Shown one piece after another: positions 10,200-19,380 of a DNA stretch of 36,214 bases. Source of the DNA: Octopus bimaculoides (Eukaryota); the NCBI RefSeq assembly GCF_001194135.2, contig NC_068997.1, forward strand, positions 22,841,785 through 22,877,998, read 5' to 3'. The position numbers and the translations under genes are program-made. The stretch's first letter is position 1; each line of letters begins with the position of its first letter. Below the pieces are notes generated by a model. The model saw only the letters and a program-made list of their open reading frames with translations. It was not told the origin of the DNA and searched no databases.

Positions 10200-11833
10200 T
10201 ATCGTACGTATAATTATTCATTCCAAATATAATCACCATCGTTTGCTCTATCATTTTCTTACATCCAAACCAGTTTTTAAATTCCCAACGAATAAAAAAA
10301 AAATGACGTTCTTTAGAACAAAAAAATGTTTGGAGTCCCGTTTCGACATCGTCCATTCTTCTGGGTTTTTTTTTTTTTTACCACTGCTAATGTGTTCGAG
10401 TGACCTGAATAAGTGAAAATCTGATGGTAGTAGGTGTGGTAAGTAAGGGGGTGAGATAGAGCTCATACCCCCGCCTAGCTTAATGAATTTATCTTTCTCT
10501 GGGTTATCTTCGCTGCATGTGGCCTTGCATTATCGTGTTGCAAGATGACTCGCCGTCTTTTGACAAGAGGTGGTTGTTTGTTTTTGAGCAAACCAACATC
10601 GACACGTTCACGTTGTTAACGATAATGTTCTACGCTGATGCTTTTTCTTGTTTCAATATTTCGAAATTAAGAATACCTATTGTACTCCATCAAAACACAC
10701 AGCACATCTTTCTTTGTGTGAAGATCTGGTTTAGCTGTGTTGGAACTTGGATTTTTATTTGGTGATAACCGCAGTTTTTTTATTTTTACGTTTATTGTTG
10801 GCATAGACAATACATTTTTCGTTGCTTGTTAATTCGATTTAGAAATGGTGTATGTTCATTCGTGGTTAACAAATTGTTGCAAACTGTTGAGGGTAGGCGC
10901 AGGAGTGGCTGTGTGGTGAATAACTTGCTTACCAACCACATGGTTCCGGGTTCATTCCCACTGCGTGGTACCTTGGGCAAGTGTCTTCTACTATAGCCTC
11001 AGGCCGACCAAAGCCTTGTCAGTGGATTTGGTAGACGGAAACTGAAAGAAGCCTGTCGTATATATATATATATATATATATGCATGTATGTGTATATGTT
11101 TGTGTGTCTGTGTTTGTCCGTCCCAACATTACTTGACAACCGATGGTGGTGTGTTTACGTCCCCGTAACTTAGCGGTTCGGCAAAAGAAACCGATAGAAT
11201 AAGTACTAGACTTTCAAAGAATAAGTCTTGGGGTCGATTTGCTCGACTAAAGGCGGTGCTCCAGCATGGCCGCAGTCAAATGACTGAAACAAGTAAAAGA
11301 GTACAAAGAGTAAAAGAGAGTACTGCTTTATTCTCGGAGGACCCACTTATTTTTTTCTACACACTTTCGCAGTCTGCTTGAGATGTTATTGCACAGTAGA
11401 CTAAGATTTACCAAACGTCTGGAATAAATCCTCAATGGTTGACGCGAAGCCCCTTCAATTACTGTTTTCACAGCGTCATTGTTGAGAATGCACACATCCA
11501 AAAAATCGAAATCACCGCTTTTGAAATTGTTAACACACCTTTGGTACAATCAAATATCAACACCACCAGCATATGCAGTACACATGTTTTTCATTGCAGG
11601 TGTCACTTGTTGCCCTTATGAAATTTGTAAAGCATGCAATCCCGAATACGCAGCTCTCTAAAGTCCTTGTCTTCCATGATCTATTACACACAGAGCGCGT
11701 GCTCACATCTGTCATTAACTCTATGCTGATTGGTTGATTGCAAGAAGAACTTGCAGTGGCTTGTAACCTATATAGGGTATAATGTCGAATTCTTTTCACT
11801 GAAAATACATCACTTTTCAGTTCCCCTAACATA
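10200..11833 (-). mobile_element. Decayed mariner transposon (transposase pseudogene), interrupted by SINE A at ~10894-11320
   Basis: Minus-strand fragments in the expected order: RIRDCMLYKFHKG (~11660, N-terminus); FKSGDFD; KWV; PFLNRI/EKCIVYANNKRK (DEKW region); KPDLHTKK.VLCV; VILQHDNARPHAA (~10510-10560); PPYLPHLLPSDFHLFRSL (YSPDLAPSDFHLF motif); DGDYI (C-terminus, ~10225). Many stops and frameshifts. Possible right end at ~11810-11833; left TIR not found. Confidence 0.85.
10894..11320 (+). mobile_element. SINE family A, full-length copy (tRNA-derived head, CORE-like segment, internal (TA)n/(TG)n, 3' tail with TAAAAGA-type repeats)
   Basis: A-box-like TGGCTGTGTGG, B-box-like GGTTCATTCCC, ACCTTGGGCAAGTG resembling the CORE domain of MIR-type SINEs; at least 7 related copies in the window. 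Confidence 0.9.
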
Positions 11834-11999
11834 CATGATCAATGTAAACTTCTTTTAAGAAGGCAGTTATATCATTTGAGGGAGATATGGGCTGCTATTT
11901 TTCACAAGTCTTGCAACAAAGAATAGGATTTTCGTTGTTCATATCGTTGTCCGTTGTTGTTTTGTGATGGCACTGATGGTGATCGTGGTAGTTAACCTA

Positions 12000-12170
12000 A
12001 GCTTAAAACCTTATCGTGTATATCTTTGTGCAAAAGTGTTCTAGCCGTGACTATCTCATCTATTTTGAATAATGCCAAGTACTAAATTGTCCAATGACTC
12101 CTTCTTTTATTTAAGGTCAGAGTCTGAGATTTAAGGGACATATCTTTGCTGCTATTCCTAATAGGTTGTG
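12000..12170. mobile_element. Old decayed repeat family D copy
   Basis: TTCTAGCCGTGACTATC (12039) followed by TTTAAGGGACATATCTTTGCTGCTATTCCTAATAGG (~12130-12165). Confidence 0.5.
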
Positions 12171-12294
12171 ACTGGGTGCAAAATCACATTCTATCGCTCT
12201 TCCTTTCACTAATGTCGTTTAAACTCAGGTTAACCATTTCTTGAAACGATGGAATGATCAAACGCATTCAGTCACAGCCATTTCGGAACAGACA

Positions 12295-12410
12295 CAATCG
12301 TTAGAGAGTTGGAGAGTACGCTTCGCGGTATTTATTCTAACACTCTATGCTTTGAGTTCAAATCTGACCGGGGTTACTTTTGACCTTCTTCCATTTCAGC
12401 CGTGATATAT
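12295..12410 (+). mobile_element. Highly degenerate SINE family B-like fragment
   Basis: CGGTATTT...TTTGAGTTCAAATCTGACCGGGTTACTTTTGACCTTCTTCC resembles the family B segment around the B box. Confidence 0.5.
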
Positions 12411-13577
12411 TTTATTTTGGGACCATATTATCTAACGTATCATTTACATCGTTGTGAGGTTTCAGAGAAATTTTACCGATACCCTACTTCTAGTAGAGCA
12501 AGTGACAAAACGCACAGCTTCCTGTTGTAGATATTATTATTGTTCTTATTGCGGCTGTTCTCGAAATACTTTTTATCCTGATTATTGCAAATGGTGATTT
12601 TATTGAATAAATACACTTTTGCGTAATTTAGACGACAGTTTATTCACCGTAACCTGCATATGTATATATATATATATATATNNNNNNNNNNNNNNNNNNN
12701 NNNNNNNNNNNNNNNNNNNNNNNNNNNNNNNNNNNNNNNNNNNNNNNNNNNNNNNNNNNNNNNNNNNNNNNNNNNNNNNNNNNNNNNNNNNNNNNNNNNN
12801 NNNNNNNNNNNNNNNNNNNNNNNNNNNNNNNNNNNNNNNNNNNNNNNNNNNNNNNNNNNNNNNNNNNNNNNNNNNNNNNNNNNNNNNNNNNNNNNNNNNN
12901 NNNNNNNNNNNNNNNNNNNNNNNNNNNNNNNNNNNNNNNNNNNNNNNNNNNNNNNNNNNNNNNNNNNNNNNNNNNNNNNNNNNNNNNNNNNNNNNNNNNN
13001 NNNNNNNNNNNNNNNNNNNNNNNNNNNNNNNNNNNNNNNNNNNNNNNNNNNNNNNNNNNNNNNNNNNNNNNNNNNNNNNNNNNNNNNNNNNNNNNNNNNN
13101 NNNNNNNNNNNNNNNNNNNNNNNNNNNNNNNNNNNNNNNNNNNNNNNNNNNNNNNNNNNNNNNNNNNNNNNNNNNNNNNNNNNNNNNNNNNNNNNNNNNN
13201 NNNNNNNNNNNNNNNNNNNNNNNNNNNNNNNNNNNNNNNNNNNNNNNNNNNNNNNNNNNNNNNNNNNNNNNNNNNNNNNNNNNNNNNNNNNNNNNNNNNN
13301 NNNNNNNNNNNNNNNNNNNNNNNNNNNNNNNNNNNNNNNNNNNNNNNNNNNNNNNNNNNNNNNNNNNNNNNNNNNNNNNNNNNNNNNNNNNNNNNNNNNN
13401 NNNNNNNNNNNNNNNNNNNNNNNNNNNNNNNNNNNNNNNNNNNNNNNNNNNNNNNNNNNNNNNNNNNNNNNNNNNNNNNNNNNNNNNNNNNNNNNNNNNN
13501 NNNNNNNNNNNNNNNNNNNNNNNNNNNNNNNNNNNNNNNNNNNNNNNNNNNNNNNNNNNNNNNNNNNNNNNNNNNNT

Positions 13578-13830
13578 TGTTGCCTCTCATCTGTTCAGCA
13601 CGTCCTTCTTTCTGGGCAATTCAACAGGTGCAACCCTTAATCCAGACACGTTTTTTTTTCTCTCCGTTTTTGCTTTTCCTCTCTCCATCGGTTCTCTCTC
13701 TTTAATCTTTTCTGTAGAAGAGCATAGGCTCGAAACGTCTAACACTTTTTCATTTTTCCTGAGCGTCAAACTAATACAACTTGTGTGTTGTTCCCTCACC
13801 TGTCTTTTGTTATTTGTTTCTTTGTACAGT
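13578..13830 (+). mobile_element. Repeat family C copy with hammerhead-like motif; probable Penelope-like element terminal repeat
   Basis: 13700-13820 is homologous to 27790-27910 (CTGTAGAAGAGC.TAGGCTCGAAA.GT...ACTTTTTCA...TAATACA...CACCTGTC). The Penelope assignment is inferred only from the hammerhead-like motif. Confidence 0.55.
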
Positions 13831-13947
13831 TTTGGACCATTTGTGTGTGCATGGGTGTGCGTGTATGTGAGTGTGTGCGTGTGCGTGCGTACGTGCGTGT
13901 ATGTGAGTGTGTGTGTGCGTGTGAGTCTGTATATGTGTGCATGTGTG

Positions 13948-15648
13948 CAGTATCCGCCAAACTAAATTTATTCAGACATCATGGGATTAATACAAGCTAT
14001 GTTTAATTTTGTAATATTTGGTTTGTTTTTTCAACAATTTAAAAAATTTTGATGAAAAATATTCTAGAAATTTTCCCTTTCAAAAATTACCGTAATTTTT
14101 ACTGTTGTTAGCAAAAAAATGTTACATTACACTTGATCAATTGTTGACGTATAAAAAAGTCAACTGGCATTATTCTAAGTTTCAAAAGGAAGAGGAAAAT
14201 TTTCTTACAACTTCTTGATGGTATTGTGTGTAATTGACAAAATGGCAGAGGTACGGCAGTCATTTAAGGAACATAAGACCATTTAAAAGTCATTTTTCAG
14301 ATTTAAGAATGTTGTGAAAATTCAATGACAGAACATCCAACACACCTGGCAATTTCATGGTTCAGTGATAAGTTCGAAACACATTGTACCGTGTGTGATG
14401 TGCAGATGGGAAATCTGGCAGACTTCGTACAGTAACAAGTGCTGCTTAATCAGCTATGGTGTTGGAGCATTTCACACTCTTACCACAGAAATCTACTGCG
14501 CAATGTGTATGTGACACAAGAACTATCAGTTCTAGCAGACGGCGCATTGTTAAAACAGATAAGTGGAACGTTTACACTCTAAGATTGTTGCCTGCAATTA
14601 ACGATGACGATCCTGATCGAAGAATCGATTTTTGTGAGTGGTTTCAACACGTGCTAGGCGAGGATGAAGTGTCTGTGAGGATGATTGTGTAGTCTGATGA
14701 AGCACAATTTAACAGTGAACCGACATAGTGTCAGGACATTTGAAAACCCACCTTTTAGACAAGCAGTCACTTTACAGAGTTCTAAGTCTGGTGTAAAATA
14801 GTGGCTCTTAAAGTGGGCGGTACTGTCTCTGTGGGAGCGGTGAAAAGAACCAGGGGGCGCTGAAGAATAGTGAGGCGATAATGAGATGGCCAAAAGTGTC
14901 GATGGAAGTAAAAACAAAATAATTGGTTAATTTGATTGTTTTATTCGTGAAATGCATTTGTTTTGATTTTGATATAGAAAGTGGTCTATGTTTGAGGTGG
15001 TAAATGGGGTGGTGTGGGGCGCTAGGAATTGACCTAAGTGACAAGTGAGTGACAACCCGAAAAAGTCTGGGAACTGCTGGTGTAGAGCGTCAAGAGTTTG
15101 ACTGGACTATTTTTTCTTTGAAGGTATTGTTACTGATCAAATGGATCAGTAACAAGCTACTCTCATCTATTTTACCCGCAGTAGATGCATTTTTTATGAA
15201 TTTTTCTTTCAACAAGATAACCCGCCTCCAAACTACGTGTGAGCTTATCTCGATGACAATTCACAGCGACATTAGATGAGGAAGAAGAGGTACTGTTGAA
15301 TTCCCTGCACGTTCTCCTGATTTCACACCTGCAAACTTTTTTTTATGGGATAATTTCAAGGACGTTGTACATTGCAGAAAACTCGTCTATACTGATGGTC
15401 TTTCGGGACGAAATTAAAACAGCATGTGCCGTAATCCCTCTGGACACTGATGAATGTTGCCTAAGCAGCAGTTTGGCGCACTAATAAACATCTTGAAGAT
15501 ATTGGCCATCACTTTCAGCATCTCTTGCGATTGTAGAGATTAAAAGTTACGTGTACTAATCGTGTGATGTCTGAATAAATTTAGTTTTAAAATATTTCTG
15601 CACATTTTTCTTTCGTTGAAGTGTAAATACACTATTTTGGCATATCAG
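13948..15648 (+). mobile_element. Decayed Tc1/mariner-superfamily element, rosa/DD41D-like, with subterminal inverted repeats; contains a nested hAT MITE
   Basis: Plus-strand fragments: DKFETHCTVCDV/GKSGR; RIVKTDKWNVYTLRLLPAINDDDPDRRIDFCEWF...IV*SDEAQF; VNRH..ENP; VWC; FFFEG; FFFQQDNPPPNY; RGTVEFPARSPDFTPANFFLWDNFKDVV (cf. WPPRSPDLTPLDFFLWGYLK). Perfect 23-bp inverted repeat at 13959-13981 / 15565-15587. Subfamily call is inference. Confidence 0.8.
14799..15079. mobile_element. hAT (Charlie-like) MITE, 281 bp, nested in the Tc1/mariner remnant
   Basis: Ends TAGTGGCTCTTAAAGTGGGCGG... and ...AAAAAGTCTGGGAACTGCTG resemble the CAGTGGTTCCCAAA/TTTGGGAACCACTG ends; 8-bp TSD GTGTAAAA (14791-14798) / GTGTAGAG (15080-15087), 6/8; it splits the host VWC-SSRG motif. 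Confidence 0.75.
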
Positions 15649-15740
15649 TATATATATATATATATGCATAGGTATACATATGCGTGTGCCTTTATCTATA
15701 TATATACATGTGTGTGTGTAACAGCAAAACTCCGACATCA

Positions 15741-15978
15741 ATAATAATAATAATCCTTTCTACTATAGGCACAAGACTTTAAATTTTTTTTTTTGGGGGG
15801 GGGGGTGACTAGTCGATTTAATCGACCCGAGTGTTTCACTGGTACTTGATTTAATGACTCCGAAAGTATGAAAGGCAAAGTCGACTTCGGTGGAATTAGA
15901 AATCTGAACCTAGCGACAGACGAAATACCACTAAGCATTTAGCCCGGCATGCTAATGATTCTGCCAGCTCGCCGCCTT
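15741..15978 (-). mobile_element. SINE family B, full-length copy
   Basis: Minus strand reads AAGGCGGCGAGCTGGCAGAATC (A-box-like head) ... TTCAGATTTCTAATTCCACCGAAGTCGACTTTGCCTTTCAT ... CTTGTGCCTATAGTAGAAAGG plus an (ATT)n tail. Confidence 0.9.
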
Positions 15979-15996
15979 AATAATGATGATAACAAC

Positions 15997-16052
<56 letters not shown>
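15978..16052. repeat. (AAT)n microsatellite
   Basis: Directly visible. Confidence 0.95.
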
Positions 16053-16054
<2 letters not shown>

Positions 16055-16057
<3 letters not shown>

Positions 16058-16128
16058 TCTCACTGCGGCTGAGCTGAGAACTACGGGTTTTGGACGCAAA
16101 CTTCTTACCATTCAACCACGGACTGAAC
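16055..16128 (-). mobile_element. Degenerate SINE family A head
   Basis: Reverse complement CGTGGTTGAATGGTAAGAAGTTTGCGTCCAAAACCCGTAGTTCTCAGCTCAGCCGCAGTG resembles GTGGCTGTGTGGTAAGTAGCTTGCTTACCAACCACATGGTTCCGGGTTCAGTCCCACTG. Confidence 0.5.
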
Positions 16129-16794
16129 GCGTGTGTATATATGTGTATATGTGTGTGTGCGTGTGTGTGTGCGTGTGTGTGAAATATATACATACATATA
16201 TATATACATACACATACTTATACACTCGCGCGCACGCGCGCACACACACGCACACACGCACACACATGTATGTATAACGTAAAACTAGCTAATAGCTAAA
16301 TATATAGATATGACCGAAGATATAATCGTACACACACACACACACACACACATACACACACACATACAAACTAACATACATTGAGATTTATAGCGAGCCT
16401 ATTTTATTTTACATGCGAACTTTGCATGTTCGCCATCATCCTTCTGCAATAACTGTCTCACCAACAACCAGCTATGGTGGCGCTACCAGCGATTTTTACG
16501 TTCATGTTACGACCAAGTTTGCAACCTTTTACGACCATATAATGTTTTGTTGCCTTTAAATCCAAGATGCTTCAATTTTATCCAACGATTAACGGATTGG
16601 ATATCTTTATAAGGTTATATAGCAATAGTTTTGCTTTATTATTTTGTTAATACTTTTTTTTATTTTTTTCCCCTCTTTTATACTATTGTTGTTTTCTAGA
16701 AGTTTTTGTTATGAAGTTTTTGTTGTTGTTGCTTTCGTTTTGGTTCTGATTATTTTTGCTATTTTCATGTGAGTGGGCACTTATGAAATTATCG

Positions 16795-16883
16795 ACCACT
16801 TTACTGCTACTGCTGCTGCAGCTGCTGCTGTTACTCCTTCTCCTCCTCCACTACTACAACAACAACAACAACAACTACTACTA

Positions 16884-16921
<38 letters not shown>

Positions 16922-16945
16922 ACTGTTACTACTGCTTCTCACTAC
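16795..16945. repeat. Compound in-phase trinucleotide array (CTG/CTC/CAA/CTA)n
   Basis: Directly visible; source of the poly-L/Q/Y/C pseudo-ORFs. Confidence 0.95.
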
Positions 16946-17131
16946 TGCTACGGTCAAGGAGCTTGCCGGGTGACACTTCTAATAATTCAAGGTTCGATCC
17001 TTGTCACGTGATTATATTTCGCCGATTCTGTTCCAGTATCACCTTTAAGTTACGGTGCAATTACCCGCGGGATACTTAACCGCTTAATGCGTTGGACTTG
17101 TTTTTCAAAGGTTCTGTCTTACCTAAAGAAT

Positions 17132-17240
17132 AAAAGACAAAGTTGGCTTCTATGGAATTTGAACTCAAAACGTAAAGGCGGACGTAATGCCGCTAAGCAT
17201 TTTGCCCGGCGTGCTAACGATTCTCCCAGCTCACCGCCTT
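17132..17240 (-). mobile_element. SINE family B, head-only copy directly adjacent to the full copy
   Basis: GGAATTTGAACTC...CGCTAAGCATTTTGCCCGGCGTGCTAACGATTCTCCCAGCTCACCGCCTT duplicates 17393-17478. Confidence 0.85.
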
Positions 17241-17478
17241 TAATAATAAGAAAAAAAAACTTTCTACTATAGGCACAATACATGGATTTTTGTAAGGAGG
17301 GGGGGGGGCAATCGATCACATCGACCCCAGTACTCAACTGGTACTTAATTTATCGACCCCGAAAGGGTGAAAAGCAAAGTCGAGCTCAGCGGAATTTGAA
17401 CTCAGAATGAGGCGACAAACGAAATACCGCTAAGCATTTTGTCCGGCGTGCTAACGGTATGGCCAGCTCGCCGTCTTC
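17241..17478 (-). mobile_element. SINE family B, full-length copy
   Basis: Colinear with 15741-15978 over its whole length. Confidence 0.9.
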
Positions 17479-17482
17479 AATA

Positions 17483-17894
17483 GGAAGAATATTAATACGA
17501 CCAGATATAATCGAAGAGGATGAAGGAAGAAAAGAAAAACGAGGAAAGAAATAAAGAAAGGTACAGGAAAACGGTGTAAAACTACAAGCTGAACTAGAGT
17601 GCATATCAAATATATTGAAGAACTTAGATAGAGAAATAAAGAGATCTTGGAATATAAAAATGACAACAGTTCCTATGGTAATTGGTGCATTTGGCAGAAC
17701 ATTCTAACTGCTGCCCAAGAGTCTGAAGGATATTGGAACTAAGACTCGCTCTGTGGGGTTGCAGAAAAAGTGTCATCCTGTATTCTGCTAGAATTCTGGG
17801 AAAAAAAGTTTTAGAGGTTTGGTATTGGAGAGGTGGTAATACTTGCGGTGTCCCAGCATGGCCACCACTGCCTTTGGGCTCAAGCACGTAAAAG
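17483..17894 (+). mobile_element. 5'-truncated non-LTR retrotransposon 3' end, restriction-like endonuclease (R4/Dong-like), with 3' UTR
   Basis: Plus-strand fragments RPDII (17498), REIKRSWNIKMTTVPMVIGAFG, LQK, VILYSARILGKKVLEV match the RLE-domain consensus RPD...KY..L..EI...W.....VPIVIGALG...LQK..LL.TARILRKVL. Frameshifted, so absent from the ORF track. Confidence 0.8.
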
Positions 17895-17957
17895 TTTATA
17901 TGTATGTATGTACGTGTGTTCGTTGTGCGTGTCTGAGTGTATGTGAATACCCCCCCC

Positions 17958-18014
<57 letters not shown>

Positions 18015-18482
18015 GTATCTATACATGAATATATGTATATATATTATATATATTATATATGTATGTATGTATGTATGTATGATTGATTGCTTATTTAATT
18101 GATTGATGACAATAACATAGAAATATCACACTTTTCACATAAAAATTCTATCATATGTATATATATACAGATACAAATATTCTTGAATAAAAATTTTTAA
18201 TTGCACAAGGCTAATTTAGTGAGCTTGTTATATTGCTGACGGGGTGGAGGGGATTAAGAAGAAATAGTTCCAGTTCGGGTCCAGTGGAAACTCTTTATAG
18301 ATCAAAGCCTCTCCACAATCCCCACCTCTCTCTCCCTCTCTCTGTCTATGTATCTGCCTATTTATCTCTCCCCCTCACGCTTTAAGCTTCGGATTAGCTT
18401 TGATGGTTCAACCCTTTGATCGAGGCTATTTTGACTGTGACTATTCTATACTTTTATTAAAAACTAGTAATATGGACTAGAG

Positions 18483-19038
18483 CAGTGTTTTCCAACCGGG
18501 GCTCATATGGCGTCTGTAAGGGTCCATATGAATTTTTTTTAAGCGGAGGGAGGGTTTCCACGCAAAAGAATAGTAAAGTGGGGTTCCGCAATATTCTAAG
18601 GTCCCCTGATAGAATTTGGGTTCACATGCATGTATTGGTATGTATTCAAGAAATAGCGAGATTTCTTTTTCTGTATATCAGTTGTTCCCAACCAGGGTCC
18701 ATATGGCCCTTGAGGGTCTATATAAGATTTTTTTGGTGGGGGAGAGATTCCACGCAACAAATTAGTAAACTGGAGACCCACAATATTTTAAAGTCCCCTG
18801 GAAAAATATGGCTTTAGATTTATATATTGGTATGTGTTTCAAGAATCAGCTTGATTTTTTTTTCTAATATTTTACATAGTTCAACCTACACAAGTCAATG
18901 TGTGAAAAACAAAATTAGAAATTTGAAAGAAATATCTATAAAGCTAGTTTTTAAAGAGCGAATGGCTATGGGATAGGTCCACCAGAATAAAACAGGAACC
19001 AAAGGGGTCCATAGACAAAAATAGTTTAAGAAACCTTG
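18483..19038. mobile_element. hAT (Charlie-like) non-autonomous element, 556 bp, with a tandemly duplicated left end
   Basis: Starts CAGTGTTTTCCAACC, ends GTTTAAGAAACCTTG; 8-bp TSD GACTAGAG (18475-18482) / GATTAGAG (19039-19046), 7/8; 18483-18678 is repeated at 18679-~18870. Confidence 0.8.
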
Positions 19039-19159
19039 GATTAGAGGGCAAAGTTAGACTCCCATTTCCTGCTGACTGAGCATCGATATATTTATTAACT
19101 CCTCAGCTGAGTAATTTTTCTTGTTGTTTTGATATTAATGCTATTTGTTGTTATTGTTG

Positions 19160-19380
19160 TTGCTGAGCCCCTGGTCAGGCTCAGGTCGGAGCCCATGGTC
19201 AGGCTCAGGTCGACAAGTTCATTTATGTTCAAATGCATATTCCATACATTCCAACCACGACCGTCCACGCTAATGTTGTAGTTAGTTGCTGCAATTCTAC
19301 GACTGCACCTTTCTGATGTTTTTCTATATTTTTTTTTTAATCAGTGAGTTAGATTTTAGCCGCTATATCTAGCAATTTGA
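19160..19380. mobile_element. Old decayed repeat family D copy with a 24-bp internal tandem duplication
   Basis: (GTT)n, then GAGCCC(C/A)TGGTCAGGCTCAGGTCG twice (19165-19212), CATTCCAACCACGACC (19247), AGATTTTAGCCGCTATATCTAGCA (19351). Confidence 0.55.

Noticed and set aside
10517-10765. 82-aa plus-strand ORF
   Set aside because: Antisense to the mariner transposase remnant.
19165-19212. 24-bp tandem duplication as a regulatory element
   Set aside because: Lies inside a decayed repeat; simplest explanation is slippage.
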